Part shown: positions 17,646 through 27,200 of the stretch, in pieces
Layout: each line of letters begins with the position of its first letter
Numbering within the stretch: the stretch's first letter is position 1
Assembly (NCBI GenBank): GCA_001770655.1
Contig: MERQ01000092.1
Location: 30,234-94,233, forward strand
Origin: Betaproteobacteria bacterium RIFCSPLOWO2_12_FULL_68_20
GTDB lineage: Bacteria > Pseudomonadota > Gammaproteobacteria > Burkholderiales > SG8-39
Length of the DNA: 64,000 nt
Reading direction: 5' to 3'
Notes under the pieces: model-generated
Told to the model about the DNA's origin: nothing
Seen by the model: the letters and a program-made list of their open reading frames with translations, nothing else
Databases searched by the model: none
Made by a program: the position numbers and the translations under genes

Positions 17646-17675
17646 CCGCATGACCACGCGCGCAAGACCGAATTG

Positions 17676-19523
17676 ATGCCGCAGAACAAGAGCGCTCCGC
17701 TTCTTCTCGCCGAACGCGCGCGCCGCGACCCCGAGGGTGTCGCCTACCGCGCCAAGCACCTGGGGCTATACCGCGAGCGCACCTGGCGCGAATACGCGGC
17801 GCTCGTCGCCCGCTGCGCGCTCGGCTTCCGGGCGCTCGGCCTGCAGACCGGCGAGCGCGTCGCGATCATGGGCGACGCGTGCGAGGAGTGGGTCGTCGCC
17901 GATCTCGGCGCGCAGGCGGCGGGCGCCATCACCTACGGCATCTACCCGACCGCCTCGGCGGCCGAGCTCGAGTACCAGATGCGCGACGGCGGCGCCGCGG
18001 TGTTCGTCGCCGAGAACCAGGAGTACGTGGACAAGATCCTGCCGCTCGCCGAGCGCCTGCCCGGGCTGCGCTCGATCGTGGTGATCGACGATTCCGCGGT
18101 GTTCGGCTACGAGGACGCGAGGCTCGCGACCTTCGCGGCGCTGCTCGATCTCGGCGGCGATGCCGATTGCGCGGCGCTCGAGCCGCTCGCTGCCGCGCTC
18201 GATCCCGCCTCGCCCGCCTTCATCGTCTATACCTCGGGCACCACCGGGGACCCCAAGGGCGCGCTAGTCGCGCATGGGCGCCACCTTGCCGCCGCGGCGA
18301 ACCTGATCGGCCATTATCCGACCCTGGCCGAGCAAGCGCACCGTACCGTCGTGTACCTGCCCCTGTGCCACATCCTCGGTCGCGATGTGGCCGTTACCCT
18401 GCCGCTGATGTCGAGGCTAGTGCCGCACTTCGGCGAGGACATCGAGGACCTGCCGCAAACGCTGTTCGACGTCGCGCCGACGGTGCTGTTCTCTGTGCCG
18501 CGCTACCTGCAGAAGTTCGCGGCCCAGGTCCTGATCGGCATCGGCAGCACTTCGCCGCTCAAGCGCGCCGCCTACGAGCTGGCGGCGCGCCTGGGCCGAA
18601 CGCACGCCCGCGCGCGCTGGGAAGGCAGGTCGGGATTCCCGCTCGCTTACGCCTTGGCGCGCGCGACCGTCTTCCGCCCGCTGCTCGAAAAGCTCGGCCT
18701 GGACCGGCTCGAGCTCGCGATCTCGGGCGGCGCCCCGCTGGCCCCGGAAACCCACGCGCTCTGGCACATCTGGGGCGTGAATCTGGTCGAGATCTACGGC
18801 CAGACCGAGGAGGCGGGCGCGATCATCACAGGGCAAAAGGGTCCCTTTCCCCGCCCGGGAAACGTCGGCACCGTCGCGGGCGGCTGGGAGCTCAAGCTCG
18901 GCGGGGGCAACGAGATCCTGATCCGGGGCGATCACGTCTTCGAGGGCTACTGGGGCAAGCCCCAGGCGACACGAGAGGTGAAGGGGGAGGATGGCTGGCT
19001 GCGCACCGGCGACGTCGGCAAGCTCGCGGGCGGTGCGCTGAGGCTGGTGGACCGGGCGCGCGATTTCATCGTCACCGCCGGCGGCAAGACGCTCTCGCCT
19101 TCCTTCATCGAGAACCTGCTGCGCGCGAGCCCCTACGTCGCCGAGGCGATGGCGATCGGGCACGGCAGGAAATACGTCACCGCGCTGATCGAGATCGACT
19201 ACGACACGGTTGCCGACTGGGCGCGCAGCCGCAGCATCGCCTACACCGGCTTCACCAGCCTGGCGCGGCATCCCGAGGTATCGAAGCTGGTCGCGGCCGA
19301 GATCGAGCGCGCCAACGACGAGCTGGGGCGCGTCGAGCAGGTGAAGGCGTTCCGCATCCTGCCCAAGGCGCTCGATCCCGAGGAAGAGGGGGAGCCGGTG
19401 ACGCCGACGCGCAAGGTGAAGCGCGCGCTGATGCTCGAACGCTTCAAGGAACTGGTGGCGTCCATGTACGACGAGCGCGAGGAGCGGCTCGTCGCGGCGG
19501 GCGCCGGCGAGGTGCTGGATTAA
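17676..19523 (+). CDS. AMP-dependent acyl-CoA synthetase (long-chain-fatty-acid-CoA-ligase-like, ABC-transporter-associated type)
   Basis: Motifs are YTSGTTGDPKG and TGDVGKL..GALRLVDRARDFI. The start is the ATG at 17676, or the TTG at 17673 as in the track. The gene lies immediately upstream of the Liv-type ABC genes. Confidence 0.85.
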   Translation: MPQNKSAPLLLAERARRDPEGVAYRAKHLGLYRERTWREYAALVARCALGFRALGLQTGERVAIMGDACEEWVVADLGAQAAGAITYGIYPTASAAELEYQMRDGGAAVFVAENQEYVDKILPLAERLPGLRSIVVIDDSAVFGYEDARLATFAALLDLGGDADCAALEPLAAALDPASPAFIVYTSGTTGDPKGALVAHGRHLAAAANLIGHYPTLAEQAHRTVVYLPLCHILGRDVAVTLPLMSRLVPHFGEDIEDLPQTLFDVAPTVLFSVPRYLQKFAAQVLIGIGSTSPLKRAAYELAARLGRTHARARWEGRSGFPLAYALARATVFRPLLEKLGLDRLELAISGGAPLAPETHALWHIWGVNLVEIYGQTEEAGAIITGQKGPFPRPGNVGTVAGGWELKLGGGNEILIRGDHVFEGYWGKPQATREVKGEDGWLRTGDVGKLAGGALRLVDRARDFIVTAGGKTLSPSFIENLLRASPYVAEAMAIGHGRKYVTALIEIDYDTVADWARSRSIAYTGFTSLARHPEVSKLVAAEIERANDELGRVEQVKAFRILPKALDPEEEGEPVTPTRKVKRALMLERFKELVASMYDEREERLVAAGAGEVLD

Positions 19524-19544
19524 CCCAACAAGGAGGGGATCACC

Positions 19545-20705
19545 ATGAAACTCAGGCTATGCACGATCGCAGCGGGCGCGCTCTTCGCCGGCGCCGCGCT
19601 GGCGCAGGACGCCTACGTGATCGGCGTATCGGGCGCGATGACCGGCCCGGTGGCCGGCAACTACGCGCCGGTGGTCGAGGCGATGAAGGCGTACCTCGAG
19701 CACGTCAACGGCAAGGGCGGCGTGAACGGCCGCAAGGTGCGCGTAGTGGTGCTCGACGACCAGGCGCAGCCCTCGCGCGCCGCCGCGAACGCAAAGCAGC
19801 TGCTGGCGCAGGAAAAGGTGCTGATGCTGCTCAACACGAGTCTGTCGTCCACCTACGCGCCGATGGTGGGCGAGTCCAAGCGCGCGGGCGTCCCGCTCTA
19901 CTTCGCTGGCTCGGTGTGTCCCAAGGAGACCTACCCGCCCGCCGACCCGTTGCAGTTCTGCTCCACCGCGTTCGGCGCGAATCTCGATTCGCAGGCGGCG
20001 CTCGCCTTCGTGCGCTCGCAGGCGAAGCAGCCGGTGCGCATCGGCTTTGCCGCGATGGCGATCCCGATTGCGCGCGCCGAGATCGACTACGCAGAAGGGC
20101 TGTCGAAGACCCTGGGCATGACTCCGGTGGAGAAACAGATCTCTCCGCCGCCCACGCCCGACTACACGCCGTTCGCCACCAAGCTCAAGGACGCCAATCC
20201 GAACTGGGTGTTCTCGTGGTCGCCGTGGGTATCGCAGGTGCGCACCTTCGAGGCGATGCGGCGCCTGGGCTGGAGCGGCAGCTACATCACCTGGGCGCAC
20301 CTCAATGCCGAGGAGGAGCTCGCGCGTATCCGCGACGGGCAGTTCTACGTCTTCGGCACCAACGCTTTCGTGGAGGACAACCTGCCGGTCCACGCCGAGA
20401 TCCGCGCCGTGGCGGCGCGCGCCAACCTCCGGTACCCGGTGTCCTACCTCACCGAGGGCTTCGTGGCGGGACTGGTGATCGAGAACGCGCTGAAGAACAC
20501 GCCCTGGCCGCCCACGCCGCAGAAGGCGCTCGCCGCGATGAACCGGCTCAAGGTCGATCTCAAGGGCCTGCGCGGCGGGCCGCTCGAGTGGACCAAGGAA
20601 AACCACTTCCGCACGCGGCAGTACTATCGCGTGTGGCGCTGGGACCCGGCGAAAAACCAGATCGCCCGCGTGCAGGACTGGCAGGCGATCGAGGTCAAGC
20701 GCTAG
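19545..20705 (+). CDS. ABC transporter periplasmic substrate-binding protein (LivK / branched-chain amino acid-binding family)
   Basis: The 386-aa ORF has the signal peptide MKLRLCTIAAGALFAGAALAQDAYVIGVSGAMTG. An AAGGAGGGGA ribosome-binding site lies upstream. Confidence 0.85.
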   Translation: MKLRLCTIAAGALFAGAALAQDAYVIGVSGAMTGPVAGNYAPVVEAMKAYLEHVNGKGGVNGRKVRVVVLDDQAQPSRAAANAKQLLAQEKVLMLLNTSLSSTYAPMVGESKRAGVPLYFAGSVCPKETYPPADPLQFCSTAFGANLDSQAALAFVRSQAKQPVRIGFAAMAIPIARAEIDYAEGLSKTLGMTPVEKQISPPPTPDYTPFATKLKDANPNWVFSWSPWVSQVRTFEAMRRLGWSGSYITWAHLNAEEELARIRDGQFYVFGTNAFVEDNLPVHAEIRAVAARANLRYPVSYLTEGFVAGLVIENALKNTPWPPTPQKALAAMNRLKVDLKGLRGGPLEWTKENHFRTRQYYRVWRWDPAKNQIARVQDWQAIEVKR

Positions 20706-20725
20706 GCCGCTAGGCCGCAACGCCG

Positions 20726-20758
20726 GCCGGGGGCCGATGCCGCTCCCGGCTTTTTTTT
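20726..20758 (+). terminator. Intrinsic-terminator-like hairpin plus T8 between the binding-protein and permease genes
   Basis: GCCGGGGGC pairs with GCTCCCGGC (9 pairs including one G-U) around a 7-nt loop, directly followed by TTTTTTTT (20751-20758). Confidence 0.6.
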
Positions 20759-20767
20759 GGGCCGACC

Positions 20768-21640
20768 ATGCAGATCGCCGTCAACATCGCCGTTCTCGCG
20801 TCGATCTACGCGCTGATCTGCTGCGGCTACGTGCTCATCTACCGGGCGACCCGCGTGCTGTCACTCGCGCACGGAGAGCTGATGATGCTCGGCGCCTACG
20901 GCCTGTACGCCACCGCCTCGTTGTTCAAGGGCCATCCGTTGATCGCGCTTGCCGCCGCGGCCGGGCTGGCGCTCGCGGTGGGACTCGCCGTGTACGCCGC
21001 GCTCATGTGGCGCATGACCGGCGAGTCGGTCCTCGCCGCGGTGCTGGCGACGATCGCGCTGGGGATCCTGCTGCGCGGCGCGATGATGCTGGCGTTCGGC
21101 ACGCTGACGCAACACCCGCTGCGCGACCTGGGATGGGAAAACGCCTCGATCGGCCTTCCGGGCGGCGCGCGTATCTCGGCCGTCGGCGCGGCCCTGATCC
21201 TCTCGACCGGGCTCGTCTACGGCGGGCTGTTCGCGTTCCTGCGCGGCACGCGCTGGGGCATGCGCATGCGCGCCGCGGGGCAGAACCCGCTGCTCGCCGC
21301 GCAGCGGGGGATCGGCTTGCACGGCATATACGCGCTCTCCTGGGGCCTTGCGACTTTCACGGGCGGATTGGCCGGGATGCTGATCGCGCTCGACGCGGGG
21401 CTGGAGAGCACACTCGTCATCATCGGGCTGAAAGCCTTCCCGGCCGCGCTGGTGGGCGGTCTCGACAGCCTGGTCGGAGCGCTCGCGGGATCGCTGGTGG
21501 TGGCGAGCGCCGAGGTGCTGCTCATCCAGTACGTCGATCCGCTGCTGTCGGACGTGGTGCCCTTCTTTGTGCTGCTTGCGATGCTGGTGGTCCGGCCCTG
21601 GGGCCTGTTCGGCACGCGCGAGGAGCTCGACCGCGTATGA
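20768..21640 (+). CDS. Branched-chain amino acid-type ABC permease (LivH-like)
   Basis: This is a 290-aa polytopic ORF: MQIAVNIAVLASIYALICCGYVLIYRATRVLSLAHGELMMLGAY. Confidence 0.85.
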   Translation: MQIAVNIAVLASIYALICCGYVLIYRATRVLSLAHGELMMLGAYGLYATASLFKGHPLIALAAAAGLALAVGLAVYAALMWRMTGESVLAAVLATIALGILLRGAMMLAFGTLTQHPLRDLGWENASIGLPGGARISAVGAALILSTGLVYGGLFAFLRGTRWGMRMRAAGQNPLLAAQRGIGLHGIYALSWGLATFTGGLAGMLIALDAGLESTLVIIGLKAFPAALVGGLDSLVGALAGSLVVASAEVLLIQYVDPLLSDVVPFFVLLAMLVVRPWGLFGTREELDRV

Positions 21641-22710
21641 ATGTGGCGCGCTCGAGCGGCTACTACCGCACCCGCTATGGCGAGGACTTCGCGCTCCTCG
21701 ACACCAAGACGCAGAAGGCCTGGTGTGCGGTGTTTGTCGCGGCCCTGCTCGCCTACCCTTTCGTCGCCGGCCCCCTGGCGCTCGACCTGGCCAACCAGGT
21801 GCTGCTCGCTTCGCTCGGCGCAATCGCCCTGATGCTGCTCACCGGCTACGCCGGGCAGATCTCGCTCGGCCACGCGGGATTGCTCGCCGCCGGGGCCTTC
21901 ACGACCGGGATCCTGTTCAAGGAGCTCGCCGCGCCGTTCTGGCTGACGCTGCCCGCGGCGGCGCTCGCCGGCGCCGCGCTCGGGGTGATCTTCGGGCTGC
22001 CGAGCCTGCGCCTGCGCGGCCTGTACCTCGCCGTCTCGACGCTGGCGCTGCATTTCATCGTGATCTACGCCGGCGGCGAGTACGAGACCAGGCGCGGCTT
22101 CTCGACCGGCATCATCGTCGATCCGCCGCGGCTCGGCGACTGGGCGCTGGACGAGCCGCGCGCCTGGTATTTCGTGCTGCTCGCCGCCGCCGCGGCGACG
22201 CTGCTCTTCGCGGCGAACCTTTTGCGCTCGAGGACCGGGCGCGCCTGGCGCGCGATCCACGGCCGCGAGGCGGTGGCCGCCGCGCTCGGCATCAGCGTAC
22301 ACCGCGCCAAGCTGTCCGCGTTCGTCGTCTCCTCCACCATCACGGCGATCGCGGGGTGCCTGTTCGCCTACTACCGCGGATTCGTGTCGGCCGAGGCGTT
22401 CTCGCTCTACCTGACGATCGAATACGTGGCGATGGTGATCATCGGCGGCATGGGCTCGCTCCTCGGCGCGCTGCTCGGCACGGTGTTCGTAGTGCTCTTT
22501 CCTTACGCCATCGACGCCGCGATGAACCTGCTCGGGCTCGCCGAGCGGCTCTCGTCGGTGGTGTTCGCGGTGAACTACTCCGCCTTCGGGCTGGTGATGA
22601 TCCTGTTCCTCGTCTTCGAGCCGCAGGGCCTGGTGGGCCTGTGGCGGCGCGCGCAGGACTGGTTCCTGCTCTGGCCGTTCAAGCAACGCCCGCTGGCCGG
22701 GCCGAGATGA
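21637..22710 (+). CDS. Branched-chain amino acid-type ABC permease (LivM-like)
   Basis: The ATG at 21637 overlaps the upstream stop (ATGA). The 357-aa product contains LLTGYAGQISLGHAGLLAAGAF. Confidence 0.85.
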   Translation: MNVARSSGYYRTRYGEDFALLDTKTQKAWCAVFVAALLAYPFVAGPLALDLANQVLLASLGAIALMLLTGYAGQISLGHAGLLAAGAFTTGILFKELAAPFWLTLPAAALAGAALGVIFGLPSLRLRGLYLAVSTLALHFIVIYAGGEYETRRGFSTGIIVDPPRLGDWALDEPRAWYFVLLAAAAATLLFAANLLRSRTGRAWRAIHGREAVAAALGISVHRAKLSAFVVSSTITAIAGCLFAYYRGFVSAEAFSLYLTIEYVAMVIIGGMGSLLGALLGTVFVVLFPYAIDAAMNLLGLAERLSSVVFAVNYSAFGLVMILFLVFEPQGLVGLWRRAQDWFLLWPFKQRPLAGPR

Positions 22711-23510
22711 GCGCTCCCCTGCTCAGGCTCGAGAAGCTCGAGGTGACCTACCACCGCGTGATCACCGCGGTGCAGGGGGTGTCGCTCGAGGTGGCGCCGG
22801 GCACGATCGTCGCGCTGCTCGGCACCAACGGCGCCGGCAAGACCACCACGCTGCGCGCGACCTCGGGCTTCATCGGCCTGGACGACGCGCGCGTAACCGA
22901 GGGCGCCGTCGTGTTCGACGGCGAGCGCATCGAGAACCTCCCGCCGCACCGCGTCACCGCGCTCGGCATCGCGCTCGTTCCCGAGCGCAACAAGGTGTTC
23001 GAGAACTTGAGCGTCGCCGAGAACCTCGACGCCGCGGTGCCGCGTCCCGGCGCCCGGCGCCGCCGCTCGATCGAGCTCGCCTACGAGATCTTCCCCGCGC
23101 TCGGTCGGCTGCGTCGGCGCGAGGCGGGATACCTTTCGGGCGGGGAGCGTCAGATGCTCGCCATCGGCTCGGCGCTCGCCTGCGCGCCCCGGCTGCTGCT
23201 CGTCGACGAGCTGTCGCAGGGACTCGCGCCGCTGCTGGTCGAGGAGATGATGCGGCGCCTGGAGACGGTGCGCGCCGAGACCGGCGCGACCATCCTGCTC
23301 GTCGAGCAGAACGCCCAGGTGGCGCTCGAGGTCGCCGACTACGGCTACGTGATGGAGAACGGCCGCATCGTGCTCGACGGCACGCCCGAGCGCCTGCGCG
23401 CGCACCAGGACATCCGCGAGTTCTATCTCGGAACCGGCGGCGGCACGGGCCGCCGCCGCAGCTATCGCGACGTGAAGCAGTACCGAAGGAGCAGGCGCTG
23501 GTATGGCTGA
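22707..23510 (+). CDS. ABC transporter ATP-binding protein (LivF-like)
   Basis: It has Walker A GTNGAGKTT, the signature LSGGERQML and Walker B LLLVDE. The ATG overlaps the upstream stop (ATGA). Confidence 0.85.
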   Translation: MSAPLLRLEKLEVTYHRVITAVQGVSLEVAPGTIVALLGTNGAGKTTTLRATSGFIGLDDARVTEGAVVFDGERIENLPPHRVTALGIALVPERNKVFENLSVAENLDAAVPRPGARRRRSIELAYEIFPALGRLRRREAGYLSGGERQMLAIGSALACAPRLLLVDELSQGLAPLLVEEMMRRLETVRAETGATILLVEQNAQVALEVADYGYVMENGRIVLDGTPERLRAHQDIREFYLGTGGGTGRRRSYRDVKQYRRSRRWYG

Positions 23511-24270
23511 GCTGAAGCTCGATGCCGTGTCGCTCGCCTTCGGCGGCCTGAAGGTCCTGGAAGGCGTCTCGTTCCAGGCGCAGGACGGCGAGCTCTTCGC
23601 CCTCATCGGGCCGAACGGCGCGGGAAAGACATCGGTGCTCAACTGCATCTGCGGCCTGTACCGCGCCGGCGGCGGGCGCATCGAGTTCGCCGGCCGCGCC
23701 ATCACCGGCGAAAAGCCGCACCGCATCGCCCGGATGGGCGTGGCGCGCACCTTCCAGCACGGCGAGCTGTTCGCGCACATGACGGTGATCGAGAACCTGC
23801 TGGTAGCGCGCCACGCGCGCTTCGCCACGCGGCTCCTCGCCGAGGGCCTGTTCCTGCCCGCGGTGCGCAGGGCCGAAGAGGAGCATCGCCGCTCGGTGGA
23901 GGAAGTACTCGAGTTCGTCGAGCTGGAGCGCTACCGCCACCAGCGCGTGGACGCGCTGCCTTTCGGCATCCAGAAGATCGTCGGCTTCGCGCGCGCGCTG
24001 GCGATGGAGCCCAAGGCGTTGCTGCTGGATGAGCCATCGGCCGGGCTCAATCGCGACGAGCGCGAGGACCTCGCTCGCCACATCCTGCGCATCCGGCACG
24101 AGCTGGGAATCGCCATGATCTGGGTGGAGCACGACATGCAGATGGTCGCCGACCTCGCCGACCGCGTTCTGGTGCTGAACTACGGCCAGCCGATCGCGGA
24201 GGGCCGGCCGGAGGAGGTCCTGAACGACCCGCGCGTCGTCGAGGCCTATCTCGGCACGCACGCGCTGTAG
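23503..24270 (+). CDS. ABC transporter ATP-binding protein (LivG-like)
   Basis: It has Walker A GPNGAGKTS and Walker B LLLDEPSAGL. It overlaps the previous gene by 8 nt. Confidence 0.85.
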   Translation: MAELKLDAVSLAFGGLKVLEGVSFQAQDGELFALIGPNGAGKTSVLNCICGLYRAGGGRIEFAGRAITGEKPHRIARMGVARTFQHGELFAHMTVIENLLVARHARFATRLLAEGLFLPAVRRAEEEHRRSVEEVLEFVELERYRHQRVDALPFGIQKIVGFARALAMEPKALLLDEPSAGLNRDEREDLARHILRIRHELGIAMIWVEHDMQMVADLADRVLVLNYGQPIAEGRPEEVLNDPRVVEAYLGTHAL

Positions 24271-24275
24271 GCAAG

Positions 24276-25019
24276 TCAATCTCTGGAGAAACGCCAGAAC
24301 CAGGCGAGCCCGGCCACCCCGGCGACGAGCCAGGCCGCGAGCTGCGCCCACGCGGGCAGCAGCTCCTCCGGCCCGAGCACGCGCGGCTTCCACTCGACCA
24401 GGCGGCGCGGGTCGCGCGCCGCGCGCGGCGGCTCGGCGCGCGGCGAGTAGTCCGCGGTCGCGATAAGCCCGGCGCGCGGCGCGAACGCGATCGGCGGATC
24501 GCCGACGTAGAACGTCACCGGGACCGCGACCTCTTCCCGGGCTCCTCCCGCCCGCTCGAGGCGGCTCACTCCGAAATGCAGGTGCGGCCCGGTGGAGAAG
24601 CCGGTCGTGCCGGAATAGCCGAGCAGCCTTCCGGCCTCGACCTCCTCGCCCTCCTCCACTGCCACGCCCGCGGGCATGAGATGCGCGTAGGTCGCGATCG
24701 TCCCGTCCGCGTGCCGCACGCGCACGTAGTTCCCGCCCACCGTGAAATCATCGCGGGATTCCCCACCGTGCCGCCACTCGGCCTGCACCACCACGCCAGC
24801 GCGCGCGGCGAGAACAGGCGTGCCTTCGGGCATCGGGATGTCCACTGCGTGAAGGCTGTCCCGGGTGACGTGGGTCGTGATCACCCCGCCCGGGGCTTGT
24901 CCGAACATGAAGCTGCGGCCCTCCGGCCAGGGCAGGCGGTAGAGGACTTGCGTGGGCGCTGCGGGCGCACAAAGGAGCGCCAGAGCAAGACAGGCGATCC
25001 GCGAGGCCGCGCGCGTCAT
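24276..25019 (-). CDS. M23-family (LytM-type) metallopeptidase with signal peptide and C-terminal membrane anchor
   Basis: The ATG at 25019 gives MTRAASRIACLALALLCAPAAP. M23 motifs are HAVDIPMPEGTPV and GYSGTTGFSTGPHLHF. The hydrophobic tail is AWAQLAAWLVAGVAGLAWFW. Confidence 0.8.
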   Translation of the reverse strand: MTRAASRIACLALALLCAPAAPTQVLYRLPWPEGRSFMFGQAPGGVITTHVTRDSLHAVDIPMPEGTPVLAARAGVVVQAEWRHGGESRDDFTVGGNYVRVRHADGTIATYAHLMPAGVAVEEGEEVEAGRLLGYSGTTGFSTGPHLHFGVSRLERAGGAREEVAVPVTFYVGDPPIAFAPRAGLIATADYSPRAEPPRAARDPRRLVEWKPRVLGPEELLPAWAQLAAWLVAGVAGLAWFWRFSRD

Positions 25020-25049
25020 CGACCCTATAATCGCGCCGAAGGGGAGACC

Positions 25050-26849
25050 GTGGGACACCGCCCGCACACCGGACCGCGTTTTGCCGAGCCGAGAGTCGAG
25101 ATCGACAAGCGCGCCGACGGCTCGATGATTCTGCGCTCGCCGTATCCGGTCGGCGACTACGTGCGCGCGGTCGGCGACTGGCTGGTGCAGGGCTACGAGA
25201 AGCATCCTGAGCGCGCCTTCCTCGCCGAGCGCGCGGGAGAGTCGTGGCGCCGGTTGAGCTACCGCGATGCGCTTTCGGAGGCGCGCTGCATCGGCCAGGC
25301 GCTGCTCAATTTCGGCCTCGACGCCTCGCACCCGATCGTGATCCTTTCGGATAACGGCATCGACCACGCGCTGCTCGCGCTCGGCGCGATGCACGCAGGG
25401 ATCCCCGTCGCGCCGATCTCGCCTGCGTATTCGTTGATGTCGAAGGATTTCGGCAAGCTGAAGTACATCTTCGAGCTGCTGAAGCCCGGCCTCGTCTACG
25501 CCGCCGACGGCGAGCGCTTCGCGCCCGCGCTGCGCGCGGTGCCGCGCGGCGACGCAAGACTCGTCTTCAGCGCCAATCCGCCGAAGGACCTGCCCGGGAC
25601 GCCGTTCGTGAAGCTGCTGGAAACCAATCCCGGCGGCACGCTCGAAGTGGCGTTCTCGCGCATCAAGCCCGAGACGGTGGCGAAGATCCTGTTCACCTCC
25701 GGCTCGACCGGGTTCCCGAAGGGCGTCGTCAATACCCAGCGCATGCTGTGCGCGAACCAGCAGATGCTGGCGCAGGCCTGGCCCTTCGTCGAGGACCATC
25801 CGCCGGTGACGGTCGACTGGCTGCCGTGGAACCACACCTTCGGCGGCAACCATAACTTCAACCTCGTGCTGCGCAACGGCGGCACGCTCTACGTCGACGG
25901 CGGCAAGCCCGCGCCGGGGCTGGTCGAGACCACGGCGCGCAATCTGCGCGAGATCTCGCCGACGATATATTTCAACGTGCCGCGCGGCTACGACCTGCTG
26001 CTGCCGCTGCTGGAAAGCGACGCCGAGCTGCGCCGCAATTTCTTCCGTGACCTGGACGTGCTGTTCTACGCCGCAGCGGCGCTGCCGCAGAACCTGTGGG
26101 ACCGGCTCAAGGCGCTGGCAAGACAGGAAAACAAGTCGGACCTTGCCATGCTCTCGGCCTGGGGCTCGACCGAGACGGCGCCGCTCGCCACCTCGGTGCA
26201 CTTCCGCATGGAGCGCCCGGGCGTCATCGGCCTGCCAGTGGCCGGCTGCGAGCTGAAGCTCGTTCCGGCGGGCGGCAAGCTCGAAGTGCGCGTGCGCGGC
26301 CTGAACGTGACGCCGGGCTACTACAAGCGCGACGACCTCACGCGGCTCGCGTTCGACGACGAGGGCTTCTACAAGATCGGCGACGCGCTCAAGTTCGCCG
26401 ATCCCTACGATCCGACGAAGGGCTTGGTGTTCGACGGGCGCGTGGCCGAGGACTTTAAGCTCTCGTCGGGAACGTGGGTGCACGCCGGCGCGCTGCGTGT
26501 CAAGCTCATCGCCGCCTGCGATCCGATGGTGCAGGACGCGGTGATCGCCGGGCACGACCGCGAGCAGATCGGGGCGCTCGTGTTCCTCAACCCTGCCGTG
26601 GCGAAGGACCTCCCGCCCGAGCAGGTGCGCGCGAGGCTGAAGGATGCGCTGCGCAGGATGGCGGCCGAGGCGACCGGCAGCTCGACACGGGTCGCACGCG
26701 TGCTGGTGATGAGCGAGCCGCTCTCGATCGACGCCAACGAGATCACCGACAAGGGCTACATCAACCAGCGCGCGGTGCTCGAGCACCGCGCGGCGCTCGT
26801 CGAGCGGCTCTACGCCGAGCCGCTGCCCGACGATGTGATCACCGCCTGA
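25050..26849 (+). CDS. Feruloyl-CoA synthase-like AMP-binding acyl-CoA synthetase
   Basis: The GTG at 25050 follows AAGGGGAG. The N-terminus ...PRFAEPRVEIDKRADGSMILRSPYPVGDY and the motifs FTSGSTGFPKGV and WLPWNHTFGGNHNF match my memory of Fcs-type enzymes. The longer track ORF would overlap the M23 gene. Confidence 0.75.
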   Translation: MGHRPHTGPRFAEPRVEIDKRADGSMILRSPYPVGDYVRAVGDWLVQGYEKHPERAFLAERAGESWRRLSYRDALSEARCIGQALLNFGLDASHPIVILSDNGIDHALLALGAMHAGIPVAPISPAYSLMSKDFGKLKYIFELLKPGLVYAADGERFAPALRAVPRGDARLVFSANPPKDLPGTPFVKLLETNPGGTLEVAFSRIKPETVAKILFTSGSTGFPKGVVNTQRMLCANQQMLAQAWPFVEDHPPVTVDWLPWNHTFGGNHNFNLVLRNGGTLYVDGGKPAPGLVETTARNLREISPTIYFNVPRGYDLLLPLLESDAELRRNFFRDLDVLFYAAAALPQNLWDRLKALARQENKSDLAMLSAWGSTETAPLATSVHFRMERPGVIGLPVAGCELKLVPAGGKLEVRVRGLNVTPGYYKRDDLTRLAFDDEGFYKIGDALKFADPYDPTKGLVFDGRVAEDFKLSSGTWVHAGALRVKLIAACDPMVQDAVIAGHDREQIGALVFLNPAVAKDLPPEQVRARLKDALRRMAAEATGSSTRVARVLVMSEPLSIDANEITDKGYINQRAVLEHRAALVERLYAEPLPDDVITA

Positions 26850-26866
26850 AAACGAGGAGATCCCCG

Positions 26867-27196
26867 ATGGCTGCCAAGCAACCTCCATCCACGATCGGCA
26901 AGGTGCGCGACCAGTTTCCCAAGCTCGGCGAGCTGACCGATAACGTCCTGTTCGGAGATGTCTGGGAACGCAAGCAGTTGTCCAAGCGCGACCGCAGCCT
27001 CATCACGGTCGCCGCCCTCACCGCGCTTTACCGTACCGACCAGCTCAAAGGGCACATCTGGCGCGCGTTGGACAACGGCGTGACGCGCGAAGAGATCTGC
27101 GAGGCGATCACGCACCTCGCGTTCTACGCAGGCTGGCCGAACGGCGTGCACGCCGCGCAGGTGGCGAAGCAGGTGTTCGAGGAGCGCGGCGCCTAG
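26867..27196 (+). CDS. Carboxymuconolactone decarboxylase (CMD/AhpD-like) family protein
   Basis: The 109-aa product reads ...LFGDVWERKQLSKRDRSLITVAALTALYRTDQLKGHIWRALDNGVTREEICEAITHLAFYAGWPNG. A GAGGAGA ribosome-binding site lies upstream. Confidence 0.8.
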   Translation: MAAKQPPSTIGKVRDQFPKLGELTDNVLFGDVWERKQLSKRDRSLITVAALTALYRTDQLKGHIWRALDNGVTREEICEAITHLAFYAGWPNGVHAAQVAKQVFEERGA

Positions 27197-27200
27197 CCTC

